A DNA stretch of 64,000 bases from Candidatus Hadarchaeota archaeon (GTDB lineage: Archaea > CAYQAE01 > CAYVLA01): NCBI GenBank assembly GCA_964621445.1, contig CAZUNO010000002.1, positions 128,001-192,000 on the forward strand. Reading direction: 5' to 3'. The notes under the pieces are model-generated. The model did no database searches. It was not told the origin of the DNA and saw only the letters and a list, made by a program, of their open reading frames with translations. How positions within the stretch are numbered: position 1 is the first letter of the stretch; every line of letters starts with the position of its first letter. The translations under genes were made by a program, and so were the position numbers. Positions 45,751 to 55,335 of this stretch are shown piece by piece.

Positions 45751-47111
45751 AGAATCTTACCTCTAATATCTGCAGGCACTGGAAGTCCAAGGCATTCTAG
45801 AACAGTTGGGGCCACATCAAGGATGTTGGCTGGTCGCCATTCGGGTTGGTGATGATCGTCTGATAGTATGTATACTCCTTCCTTGGCGTGAACCGCATCG
45901 TCCGGCCCGGTGTCATTTCTGCTCAGGTAAAAATCCGGATGGCCGACCGTTCCCGCCGATCGCCAGGCCAGTTCGTCGAGGTATACCATCATGTCTGGCG
46001 GATCCCCCCTACATGGATTGAAATAACGTTCGGGGTAGATTACCTCGGTGTTCCAGCTCTCCCCATTTGGACCGTTTATGTCCCTGATCTCCCCGGCCAA
46101 TTGATCCCTGACTTCCTGGTACTTGTCCGGGTGTACCGTGCCTATTTCCTCCCTTCCTTTCACATTCAGGAATATCCTGGCGTAGTACCCTCCCCAACCC
46201 CAGGCCCTAGTCTTGCTCCAGTCTATCTCGGCTTTAGAGAAACGTCTAACCTCCTTCGGCTGCTTCATCGACAGGTATCCACTGGAGGCCAACCACTGGT
46301 TAATGCAAAAGGCCCCCTTCATGGCCTGGGCACCATGATCCGATACTATCAATATGGATGTGTCATCTGGCAGTAATCTCTTGAGTCTACCAACCCAGTC
46401 ATCGAGTAACGAGTAATACTCGGGGATCGCTTCCTGAAAGGGATTTCCCTCCTCGTACAGGTGGTGGGCGGGATCGAAAAATTTCCAAAATGCGTGATGA
46501 ATTCGGTCAAGTCCTATCTCCACAAAGGTGAAGAGATCCCAGTCCTTTTCCTTCATGAGATGCTCTATCAGCCTGAACCTCTTCTCAGTCATGTCATGGA
46601 GGCCCTTCAACAGGGTCTTCCGATCATCCACCCTAAATTCCACATCGGTGACGTAATCCCCCACCAGATTTCTGATCTCCCGGGCCAGTTCCGGGGGATA
46701 GGTGTAACGTTTGGAGGTATCGGGGGTTATGAACCCGGAGACCAGCCAACCTTCCATGGGTCTAGGTGGATAGGTCGGTGGAACACCGACCACGCAGCTC
46801 TTGCCACCCGCTCTCCCAATACGATCCCAAAGTGTAGGTTGCTTGATGGATGCGGACGAAGCGATCCACATGTTTTGATAGGAGTTATTCTTCCGGTGCC
46901 TAAAACCGTAAAGACCGAGCTGTCCAGGGTCCTTTCCGGTCATCATGGACATCCAGGCCGGTATGGTTATGGGAGGATCAGAACTCCTAAGGGGCCCCCT
47001 TACTCCATCCTCCGCCATTTCTGTGATATTGGGAATTCGTTCCTTCAGCTCGTCGAAAACCAGGTCGGGAGCTGCACAATCCAAGCCCATAATTACGAAC
47101 TTGTCCTTCAC
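45747..47111 (-). CDS. AlkP-superfamily type I phosphodiesterase/nucleotide pyrophosphatase-like protein (COG3379-like)
   Basis: GLDCA, PPITIPAWMSMMTGKDPG, DRIHHAFW, VSDHG, DVAPT. Confidence 0.85.
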   Translation of the reverse strand: MKDKFVIMGLDCAAPDLVFDELKERIPNITEMAEDGVRGPLRSSDPPITIPAWMSMMTGKDPGQLGLYGFRHRKNNSYQNMWIASSASIKQPTLWDRIGRAGGKSCVVGVPPTYPPRPMEGWLVSGFITPDTSKRYTYPPELAREIRNLVGDYVTDVEFRVDDRKTLLKGLHDMTEKRFRLIEHLMKEKDWDLFTFVEIGLDRIHHAFWKFFDPAHHLYEEGNPFQEAIPEYYSLLDDWVGRLKRLLPDDTSILIVSDHGAQAMKGAFCINQWLASSGYLSMKQPKEVRRFSKAEIDWSKTRAWGWGGYYARIFLNVKGREEIGTVHPDKYQEVRDQLAGEIRDINGPNGESWNTEVIYPERYFNPCRGDPPDMMVYLDELAWRSAGTVGHPDFYLSRNDTGPDDAVHAKEGVYILSDDHHQPEWRPANILDVAPTVLECLGLPVPADIRGKIL

Positions 47112-48130
47112 TGCGACCTCTCCTCCACGTATTGAATAGCAACATCCGTCATTTTTTCGACTTCTCCCTTGGGAAGTACCATGCCTACAACCTCGGGCTT
47201 GCCACCTGCCGAATATCCTTTAAGACGAGCGGTTTTGATCAGGGGTATGAGATTAGGCGTATTTCCCGTCCTCCGCACATAGAGTCTTGCATTTTCATGG
47301 CCCATGTTCCGGACAATGACCGCTATTTTTCGCCCCTTTTCCTGCAGGGCCTTTTTTCTGGCAATGATTGATGTTAGATGCATCTCGGTATCTATCGTCT
47401 TGACCACGACTTGATTTCTATTCTCAACATCGGAACCGAGAATTCTATCTATTTCCGCACCCACTGCCTTCTTGTTTTCAACCCAGGAGTCTATGCGTAA
47501 GAGTTCTCTGGGATGTGAGAGGTTCTCGAGCAGTATTGATGGAGCCAACTCAACCGTTCTTTTTTCGTTCGCCATGTAGTTGGAATCGATCAGGTTAGTA
47601 ACTTTGAATAGTTCCTGTATATCCAGGTCGTTCGAAAGCGTAATCTTCTCGACCCTTTTTTTCAATGGGTGGTTCAACAAGCGTTTCCCAAGATCTCCGC
47701 ACATACCAATGGCCGCTAATAGGTCAACTCGATCCACAAGCCAGGAGAGAAAAAGGGCATTTGACTCCGGAGGAGAACCCGGGAAATTATCGGGGTGTAG
47801 AAACTTCACACCGCCAATCCCGCTTGGTGGATTGGAGTGGTGATCAATCCACACTAGCTGTGAGTCCAGTTGGTTATTCATCTCCCTCAGCTTTTCCCCC
47901 GATACTGCAAGATCCAGGCCTAAAACCAAGTCGGGATTTTTATCATCTATTCTCTTGAGCTCGTCTTCAAAATCGGTATAGTTCCCGATGGGAGGCGTTT
48001 GGTTGACGCAAACAGAACCCTCCATGGACATGATCATCGTCGCCGAAGCAATGCCATCCGCGTCCCAGTGGTGAAGGATTCCAATGGAATAGGAGCTTTC
48101 AAGTATATGGAAGAGATCTTCACTGGACAA
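47108..48130 (-). CDS. DHH-family phosphoesterase (candidate PAP phosphatase)
   Basis: HHWDADG, WIDHH, AGGK. Located within the sat-cysC operon. Confidence 0.8.
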   Translation of the reverse strand: MSSEDLFHILESSYSIGILHHWDADGIASATMIMSMEGSVCVNQTPPIGNYTDFEDELKRIDDKNPDLVLGLDLAVSGEKLREMNNQLDSQLVWIDHHSNPPSGIGGVKFLHPDNFPGSPPESNALFLSWLVDRVDLLAAIGMCGDLGKRLLNHPLKKRVEKITLSNDLDIQELFKVTNLIDSNYMANEKRTVELAPSILLENLSHPRELLRIDSWVENKKAVGAEIDRILGSDVENRNQVVVKTIDTEMHLTSIIARKKALQEKGRKIAVIVRNMGHENARLYVRRTGNTPNLIPLIKTARLKGYSAGGKPEVVGMVLPKGEVEKMTDVAIQYVEERSQ

Positions 48131-49265
48131 AGGGATTCTCCCATTTCAATACTATATCCGCTATCTCGGGTCGCATTATCTCCGGAGGGGGCCTTTCATT
48201 TCGATCCAGCATTTCCCGGATCCTGGTACCGCTGAAGTTGATGTGATCCTCCGGAGGGTGGGGGCAGGTCTTTTCATTTGCCACCCCTCTGCATCTCCTG
48301 CAGTGGAAAAATGACTTGAAGAATAATGGAGAAATTCCCAAGTCCGGGAACTCCTCAAAGATCTCCTGAGCTGCAAAGGGGGGGTAATAATTTCCAACCC
48401 CAGCGTGGTCCCTGCCCACGATAAAATGTGTGCATCCGTGGTTCTTCCTCATAATTGCGTGCAGTATGGCCTCCCGGGGACCGGCATACCTCATCTCAAA
48501 CTGGAGTATGACCAGGACAGCTCTTTCCTTCAGATAATAATTCTCCATGAGGGCCTGGTAGGCCTCGATTATCAAGTCATCCTTGAAATCCCCTGACTTC
48601 TTCCTCCCTATTACGGGGTTTATCATCACCCCATCAGTAAAGCTTAGTGCCGTTTTTTGTAGGTACTCATGTCCCAGATGGGGCACGTTTCTGGTCTGGA
48701 AACCGACAACGGTGCGCCAACCCTTTTCCCTGAATAGTATCCTGGTTTCAAGAGGCATCAGGTGCAGATTAGGGTATGAGCTGGGAGGTGGGTCCACTAG
48801 GGATATGTCCCCTCCAATTAGAAAATCTCCGCGGGAAAAGGTCTTGGCAACTCCCGGATGTCTCGAGTCCTTGGTTCCAAATACCGCCTGAGCATGACGC
48901 TTCTTATCCAGGGGGAAAATCTCCTCAACATCCATTACCGCTATCAAATCTCCCTGGTTAGTCAAAGCCACGCGGTCCTGTTCATCAAGTTCTCTGGCCC
49001 TGCTTTCTTCCACATCGAGAATTATGGGGATGGTCCACGGAACATCATTTGAGAGCCTCATATGATCGAGGATATTCTCGTAATCCCGGGAACCCACAAA
49101 GCCGGTAAGAGGTGAAAATACACCCCTGGCGATATTCTGGCAATCCATGGCCAGCTCGTCATTGATGACTATGCTGGGAAGCTCCCGGGATTCCTCCTCC
49201 AGACGATCTCTTTCTCTCCCCCTAGCTACCCTGTTGGTTAGAGACCCTCCATGGGGACGGATCAT
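48120..49265 (-). CDS. sat: sulfate adenylyltransferase
   Basis: PHGG, FSPLTGF, FQTRNVPHLGHE, MRYAGPREA, HFIVGRDHAG, SGTRIR. Confidence 0.96.
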   Translation of the reverse strand: MIRPHGGSLTNRVARGRERDRLEEESRELPSIVINDELAMDCQNIARGVFSPLTGFVGSRDYENILDHMRLSNDVPWTIPIILDVEESRARELDEQDRVALTNQGDLIAVMDVEEIFPLDKKRHAQAVFGTKDSRHPGVAKTFSRGDFLIGGDISLVDPPPSSYPNLHLMPLETRILFREKGWRTVVGFQTRNVPHLGHEYLQKTALSFTDGVMINPVIGRKKSGDFKDDLIIEAYQALMENYYLKERAVLVILQFEMRYAGPREAILHAIMRKNHGCTHFIVGRDHAGVGNYYPPFAAQEIFEEFPDLGISPLFFKSFFHCRRCRGVANEKTCPHPPEDHINFSGTRIREMLDRNERPPPEIMRPEIADIVLKWENPFVQ

Positions 49266-49274
49266 TTATCTTCC

Positions 49275-49502
49275 TCAGTCAATATATCCAAGCGCCCTTA
49301 GCCTTTCCTTTACCCTTTCCTCATCCTCTTCCGTGAAGGGGTCTTCTTCCTCCTGGACATCTTCGGCTATTACTTCGCGCAAGACGTAGGCCACATAGCT
49401 TGATACAGAGGTGAAACCCGTGTCCTCAATTCGGTCCCTTATCTTTTCGAAAAGGGGCGTCGGAATGGACACAGTAGTGAACTTCTTTTTTTCCTCAGAC
49501 AT
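49275..49502 (-). CDS. CopG/ribbon-helix-helix protein with acidic linker and ERLRALGYID tail
   Basis: TTVSIPTPLFEKI...GFTSVSSYVAYVLRE. First gene of the sat operon. Confidence 0.85.
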   Translation of the reverse strand: MSEEKKKFTTVSIPTPLFEKIRDRIEDTGFTSVSSYVAYVLREVIAEDVQEEEDPFTEEDEERVKERLRALGYID

Positions 49503-49563
49503 GAACAATCTCAATGAGATATAATTAGCCCATTTAAAAATCTTTATCGGGCCAAAAAATAAA

Positions 49564-49779
49564 TCATGTGCCCTGCACGGTATCTAATGGGGTTTTCTCC
49601 AAAGGCGCGGGGTGAATAAATAGAAGATTAAGCAAACCTGCACCGAGGATCACCAAGGCCCCCGTTAAACCGGTTCCCAGATGCCCGATATAGACCCCGG
49701 CTACCATCAATAGCAATCCTGCTATCATGGGGGTCTCTATAGCATCAAGCCAATGATAATCCCTTTCTTCGTTCTCCAT
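49564..49779 (-). CDS. small two-TM hypothetical protein
   Basis: From ATG 49779 (MENEERD...), two hydrophobic helices. Confidence 0.5.
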   Translation of the reverse strand: MENEERDYHWLDAIETPMIAGLLLMVAGVYIGHLGTGLTGALVILGAGLLNLLFIHPAPLEKTPLDTVQGT

Positions 49780-50027
49780 AGAAATCAATGAAATTTGACT
49801 AATTCTAGTATGACGCAATGAAATATAAATATTGCGGATCTTTAAAAGAAAAGGAACTTTCCATGAATAGACCTCTCGGCTGCCGGCCAAACACCCTATT
49901 CCATATTCAATTATCCTCAATTTAGGTGTTTTAAAGGGATCGCGGATACCCTAATTCAGGACAACTGAATATTGAACGGCTAGAAACCCTTTCTTCTACG
50001 AATACTGGTCCTTTACTTCCCATTTTT

Positions 50028-51035
50028 TCAAGAGGAATTCTCCCCGGGAACCTCAGGATCATGTTCATCAGAGATCTCCCCAAAGACCTCTTCCATGACA
50101 TCCTCTATGCTAACCAAGCCCAATGTCTTTCCTGAGCTATTATGCAGCAAGGCGAGATGCGTCTTACTTCTCTGCATTTGCCTCAAGATATCATCCGCCT
50201 TTATCCTAGGAGGTATTCTCAGAATCCCTCTCATGATTTTCTTCACGGAGCTAGAACCGTCTTCCACGCCAAACGTGTCCTTAACATGAGCCATTCCCAC
50301 GATGTCATCCACATTCTCTCCATAGACCGGGAATCGGGAATAGCCGGTCTCCATCGATCTGTCGATAAGATCATCGATGGTATCACTCTGGCTCAGGAAC
50401 TCCACCTCTTCCTTAGGTGTATAGAACTCCCGGGCCTGGGTCTCATCAAACTCGAATACACCATTAACCATCTCTCTCTCGTCCTCCTCGATGGTTCCCT
50501 GTTCCTCCCCTAGTCTCATCATTGCCATTATCTGATCTTCCGTAACCGTTGTTCCTTCATCTTCACCTTCCCGAACCATCGAGATCATGGCATTGGATAA
50601 TCTGTTCAGGAGGAAGACCACTGGCGCGAAAAGTTTGGTTATCAGGGACAAAGCACTGGATACCCTCAAGGCGTAGCTCTTATTTCTCATTCCAAAGGCC
50701 TTTGGAGTTATCTCACTAAACACAAGTACGAGAGCGGTCATGACAAAAGTGGCGATCCCTATTCCTAAATTCCCAAAAATAGCCGTGGAAATTGCCCCTG
50801 CAATAACTGAGGCAGATACATTGACTATATTATTGCCTACTACAACGGCGGTAATTACATTACTCGGATTCTCCATTAGCCGCTCCAGCCTGATGGCCTG
50901 CTCATTTCCTTTTCTGGCCTCATCGGCAATAACTGCCCTATTCACAGAAACGAATGCAATCTCGGAACTAGAAAAGAAGGCAGAAAGAATTAGAAGAACT
51001 GCAACTGCCAGCATACCTACGATTAACCAAATCAT
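50028..51035 (-). CDS. CNNM (DUF21) plus CBS domain protein (CorB/hemolysin-like Mg2+ transporter)
   Basis: FFSSSEIA, VGNNIVN, FSEITPK, YSRFPV, SIEDVMEE..GEISDE. Confidence 0.92.
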   Translation of the reverse strand: MIWLIVGMLAVAVLLILSAFFSSSEIAFVSVNRAVIADEARKGNEQAIRLERLMENPSNVITAVVVGNNIVNVSASVIAGAISTAIFGNLGIGIATFVMTALVLVFSEITPKAFGMRNKSYALRVSSALSLITKLFAPVVFLLNRLSNAMISMVREGEDEGTTVTEDQIMAMMRLGEEQGTIEEDEREMVNGVFEFDETQAREFYTPKEEVEFLSQSDTIDDLIDRSMETGYSRFPVYGENVDDIVGMAHVKDTFGVEDGSSSVKKIMRGILRIPPRIKADDILRQMQRSKTHLALLHNSSGKTLGLVSIEDVMEEVFGEISDEHDPEVPGENSS

Positions 51036-51192
51036 GCCGCGTATCCGCTAAACTTAACGAGTGGAGGCCCTGTTTTTATAAGTATTCCAATGTGCTTAAA
51101 AGTAGCTGCTATTAACGCCGTATTTCGAGTATTTTTAGTTCTGGTGAATCTCTCAGGACAAGACTTACCAGGTGCCATATGCATTTGAAAAT

Positions 51193-51936
51193 ATGTCCAA
51201 TAACAAGGACCCAGAGAAGGACCAAATTAGGAACAAGATATGGAGCCTTCTTGAGGATCAAGATGTTGCCCGGTTCCCTCGACCGGTCAAGGGCAGAATT
51301 CCCAACTTCGTCGGGGCGGATCGGGCCGCCGATCGGCTGTTTCAAACGGACCAATTTGGAGGGGCGGAGGTAATCAAATGTAACCCGGACTCACCCCAGC
51401 TCCCTGTGCGCCGAAGGGCTTTGGAGCTGGGCAAGGTCCTGATGATGCCTTCTCCCAGATTGAAATCAGGATTCCTAGTTCTCAATCCGGGGTCCATTCC
51501 GGCAAGACTTTACGAAAAAGCGGCGGCCATAAGGGGGTCCTTCAAGTATGGTGAAAAGTTAGGGATAAAAGACCTGCCCAATGTGGATGCCATAGTATGC
51601 GGATCCGTTGCGGTAACCAGAGAGGGCAGGAGATTGGGAAAGGGGGGCGGCTACAGCGAAATAGAGTATGGTATATTGCGGGAGATGGAATTAGTAGAGG
51701 AAGGAGTTCCAATTCTGACCACCGTCCACGAGCTTCAGGTAATTAGCAGCATACCTACTGAAGAACATGATTTTACGGTCGACATCGTGGCCACCCCAAC
51801 TGAACTCATTGAAAGCACAGGACCCGTTTCGCGGCCACGGGGGATTATATGGGAGTTAATCTCTCAGGATCAATTGGACGAAATGCCAATTCTGGCCGAA
51901 CTCAAGAAGAGAAGGGAATGGAAGAGAAATGGATGA
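51193..51936 (+). CDS. 5-formyltetrahydrofolate cyclo-ligase-like protein (COG0212/MTHFSD type)
   Basis: GRIPNFVGA, NPDSPQ, RLGKGGGYSEIE, HDFTVDIVATP. Confidence 0.88.
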   Translation: MSNNKDPEKDQIRNKIWSLLEDQDVARFPRPVKGRIPNFVGADRAADRLFQTDQFGGAEVIKCNPDSPQLPVRRRALELGKVLMMPSPRLKSGFLVLNPGSIPARLYEKAAAIRGSFKYGEKLGIKDLPNVDAIVCGSVAVTREGRRLGKGGGYSEIEYGILREMELVEEGVPILTTVHELQVISSIPTEEHDFTVDIVATPTELIESTGPVSRPRGIIWELISQDQLDEMPILAELKKRREWKRNG

Positions 51937-52006
51937 AACATGACCCTGGGTTATTGGGAGCAGGCCGGGAATACATAAGAAGCCCTCTTGAAAGAATGAC
52001 TGGCAT

Positions 52007-54097
52007 ATGAAAACATCCTGGACAAGACATCTCCTAACTATAGCCGACCTCGGTATCTATAGCCGAGAACAGGTTCTGAACCTCGACCCTGCGATGGTGG
52101 CTGAGAGGAAGAGGAAGTTGGGCTTCAATATGGAGCACCTGAACTGTAGCGATGTATATGGAGGAGAGAGGGGGGTCTTCTTCTTTCAAACTGGAATCGC
52201 CGAAGAGATTCCCCGGGATTTCATTGGAGAGTACCTTCCCGAAGCCCACTCCAGGGGCATCAGGGTGCTGATCTACTATAACGTACACTGGCTGGATAGG
52301 GACTTCGGGATGAGAAACCCGGACTGGCTACAGGTTTCCAGGGATGGCAGGACCAAGGAGGACCTTTACGGGTCGGGTTGTGCACCCTGTGTCAATTCAG
52401 GCTGGCGAGAATGGTCTTTCAGAGGGATTCGAGACCTAGCAGACTATGATATCGATGGTATTTTCCTCGATGGGCCCATCTTCATCTCCGATGGCTGTTA
52501 CTGTGAAAGCTGTCGGGAGTCCTTCCGGAACGAATACGGAACCACGCTTCCCAGGGAGCAAAAAAGAGACGACCCGACCTGGAGACAATTTCTTGATTTC
52601 CGGTACGAGAGCATAGCCAGGTATATGGAAGATGCTTCCAGAAATCTAAAGGAAATTCGGCCCGATGCGGTTATCTATATGAATTCATCAGGGGTCTCCC
52701 CTTCCTGGCCAGCTGCCAGGGATAACAGAAGGCTTCTGACACATCAGGATATTCTCGGGGCTGAAGGCGGCTTCCTCTACCATGACCTGCGAACCTCTCC
52801 CCTCTGGAAACCGGGAATGTGTGCTAAACTTCTGGAAACCCAAGCGGGAGGAAAACCAACAGTGGTTTTTCTCGCTGGAGCTAACAAAGGGTGGGACGAT
52901 TACCTATTAACCCCCGCAGAGACCAGGCTCCTATTTGCGGACACCGTTGCCAACGGAGCCAATCCCTGGTACGGTATTCCATTCAATCGGTCGGATAGAC
53001 TAAGCGCCCAGGCAGCGGGGGAGATGAATCGGTTTCTCCAGGAATTCTCTGAATATTTTGAAGGAACTCGACCTTTAAGTAAGATAGCACTGTTATGGTC
53101 GACACGTACCGCCGATTTCTACAAGGCAACGGTGCCCTTCACCGACTTCACGCCGGACGGGGATAAAATGGAGAGAGAAGGTGCCGGTGATTTTTCCTCG
53201 AGCTTCAGGGGATGCTATGAGTCCCTGGTCCGAAGCCATCTTCCATTTGAGGTCCTGGACGAAATCGCGCTGAGGAATGGGTCCCTTGACAGATATGACC
53301 TTCTCATAACCCCCAACTGTGCTTGCCTTTCAGGAGAGTCATGCGACTGTATAGAGAGGTATGTTTATCGCGGAGGCAATCTCCTGGCCAGCTTTGAGAC
53401 CTCGCTATATAATCAAAACGGTTCCCGCCTTGAAAATTTCGGGCTTTCAAGGGTTTTGGGCGTTGACACCGGTAGAGGGAAATTCGGACCCATGAAGATA
53501 GATTACATGGCCCTAACCGAGAACCACCCGCTTTTTGAGGGGCTGACCGATGATAACCTACCCTGTCCCATTTACGGCATGGAGGTTATGCCAAACACAA
53601 GCAAGCCCCTGGCCAAGTTCAGGGAAAAAATGAAATCGAGATACTCCAAACTTCCTCCGATCTCCGATCTGTCTGCAATTACCCTCAACAGCTATGGAAA
53701 GGGGAAAGCCCTTTACCTATCGGGTAATTTCTTTGAACACTACGAGAACTACCACAATCCCGATTATCGCCTTTTTATGTCTAATGCTGCTAGAAGCCTC
53801 TCCTCTCCTCTGGTTCACCTGCAGAACTGCCCGACATCGGTTGAGATTACCATGAGAACGAGGGAGCCGGATACCCTTCTCATTCACCTGGTCAATTTTA
53901 CCGGCGAAATGACCAGACCAATTGAGTCGGTAACTCCGGTACATGATGTGGAGGTTAAACTAAATGGCTTCCATAATTTGAAATCTGCCCGATCGATTTC
54001 TCCATCCCGGCCTTCTAGAGATCTAGAGCCCTTGGGGAATAACCAGCTGAAACTTGATCTGGAAAGCGAGTACAAGATGGTTATAATGGAGAAGTGA
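52007..54097 (+). CDS. putative glycoside hydrolase (GHL6/GH42-like TIM barrel plus beta-galactosidase trimerisation domain)
   Basis: YDIDGIFLDG, CYCESCR, 'DLLITPN..CLS', 'GGNLLASFETSLY', 'IHLVN'. Confidence 0.75.
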   Translation: MKTSWTRHLLTIADLGIYSREQVLNLDPAMVAERKRKLGFNMEHLNCSDVYGGERGVFFFQTGIAEEIPRDFIGEYLPEAHSRGIRVLIYYNVHWLDRDFGMRNPDWLQVSRDGRTKEDLYGSGCAPCVNSGWREWSFRGIRDLADYDIDGIFLDGPIFISDGCYCESCRESFRNEYGTTLPREQKRDDPTWRQFLDFRYESIARYMEDASRNLKEIRPDAVIYMNSSGVSPSWPAARDNRRLLTHQDILGAEGGFLYHDLRTSPLWKPGMCAKLLETQAGGKPTVVFLAGANKGWDDYLLTPAETRLLFADTVANGANPWYGIPFNRSDRLSAQAAGEMNRFLQEFSEYFEGTRPLSKIALLWSTRTADFYKATVPFTDFTPDGDKMEREGAGDFSSSFRGCYESLVRSHLPFEVLDEIALRNGSLDRYDLLITPNCACLSGESCDCIERYVYRGGNLLASFETSLYNQNGSRLENFGLSRVLGVDTGRGKFGPMKIDYMALTENHPLFEGLTDDNLPCPIYGMEVMPNTSKPLAKFREKMKSRYSKLPPISDLSAITLNSYGKGKALYLSGNFFEHYENYHNPDYRLFMSNAARSLSSPLVHLQNCPTSVEITMRTREPDTLLIHLVNFTGEMTRPIESVTPVHDVEVKLNGFHNLKSARSISPSRPSRDLEPLGNNQLKLDLESEYKMVIMEK

Positions 54098-54109
54098 TAA
54101 GTACCTGAG

Positions 54110-54679
54110 CTACACCTTTATCTCGTCCCCCAGTTGAAGCAGTTTACAGGGGATGGATTCCTCATGAAGCCACTTAACCAGGTTATCCGCATCCTCTTGG
54201 TCCTCGCTGGGATCGTAGTGGAAAGGGACGACGATTTCGGGATCTATACGCTTGAATGAAGAGAGGTATTCATTGTAGTAATCCGGAAAACAGGCGGAAA
54301 ATGCGGCTTTGACACCTTGCTCAACATCCGGGAATCTAGCAGAATCACCTGCGTGTAACAGGCCCCGATAGAAATAGCTGACGCTTTCCTCTGAACCCCA
54401 ACACCAGCTCTCAAGTACCTTAATTCCATCGACCTCGTCCCCCGGCTGAACGATCCCCCCATCCATTCCAATCTTGTCTAGGGTGGTCTTTGGTGCAAAC
54501 AGATCTGCCGTTGACCCGCATTCCTCGTAATCCTGAGCTGAGAAGTGGTCATCATGTTCATGGGTGACCAGTACTATATCGGCTTTACCTTTGGGCTCGA
54601 TCTCGTAATTGGGATCAATAACGATGTGCCGGTCCCCAATTATTTCGAGACAGGCATTTCCCAGCCATTTAACCCTCAC
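54110..54679 (-). CDS. MBL-fold metallo-hydrolase
   Basis: WLGNA, VTHEHDDH, HAGD, VPFHY. Confidence 0.88.
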   Translation of the reverse strand: MRVKWLGNACLEIIGDRHIVIDPNYEIEPKGKADIVLVTHEHDDHFSAQDYEECGSTADLFAPKTTLDKIGMDGGIVQPGDEVDGIKVLESWCWGSEESVSYFYRGLLHAGDSARFPDVEQGVKAAFSACFPDYYNEYLSSFKRIDPEIVVPFHYDPSEDQEDADNLVKWLHEESIPCKLLQLGDEIKV

Positions 54680-54701
54680 GAAATTACCTCCTTGATGGTA
54701 T

Positions 54702-55247
54702 CTATAATGGCTTGGCCAGTACCCGCTTTACCTTGCTGTCGAATAGCTCCCTTGATATGGCTGGCCTTAGTACCAGCGCCGTATCTGCTCCTCTCCCGGT
54801 GCCCGAAACAGTCAAGAGATCCTTATCCGTCCTCACCAGGCCTGCATCGGCGGCCATGGCCGCAATCTCCACCCCTACCTTTACCCCCTCACAGAACATT
54901 CTCAATGTCTGCCTGACGACCATTCCTATCGACCCCTCATCGGCAAGGCGGTTTACACCGTCAAAGGCATGGGAAGTAGTGAGTACTTTGATGCCTTCAC
55001 TTTCCAATTTTTCTCTCAGGTCCGCCGGGAATTCCTGTTGGTTTTGTCCCTTGTGACCGGTTACGTGGGTCACCACGATCAAGTTCAGGTCACCTAGCAT
55101 CTCAGCGGCCATTCGGGCCGTGTATCCGGTGGTGGAAGCAACGACCACGGTATCCATGTTCTCCTGATCGGCATAACCCCTCACCAAATCCAGTGTCTCG
55201 TCAGTATTGTCCTTGCCGGCCTTCTCGAAATAGGTTATTTCGGACAT
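54702..55247 (-). CDS. pyruvate kinase alpha/beta-domain protein (COG1751)
   Basis: YFEKAGKDNT, VVASTTGYTA, GVKVGVEIAAMAADAG, GTGRGADTA. Confidence 0.88.
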   Translation of the reverse strand: MSEITYFEKAGKDNTDETLDLVRGYADQENMDTVVVASTTGYTARMAAEMLGDLNLIVVTHVTGHKGQNQQEFPADLREKLESEGIKVLTTSHAFDGVNRLADEGSIGMVVRQTLRMFCEGVKVGVEIAAMAADAGLVRTDKDLLTVSGTGRGADTALVLRPAISRELFDSKVKRVLAKPL

Positions 55248-55335
55248 CCCGATCTCCAGTAATGTATTTATCAGGGGTGCCTAAAATAATCTTGGAGAAC
55301 TACGTGTTTTTGAGTTTTTGACGTTCCCTCTACTT

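Noticed and set aside
46461-47135. Long antisense ORFs (e.g. 46461-47135, 21833-22447, 58544-59146, 61204-61725)
   Set aside because: They are shadows of well-supported genes on the opposite strand and carry no motifs.
45214-49265. Dissimilatory or assimilatory sulfate reduction
   Set aside because: No apr, dsr, cysH or sir genes in the window. CysC plus DHH points to PAPS use, though genes elsewhere cannot be excluded.
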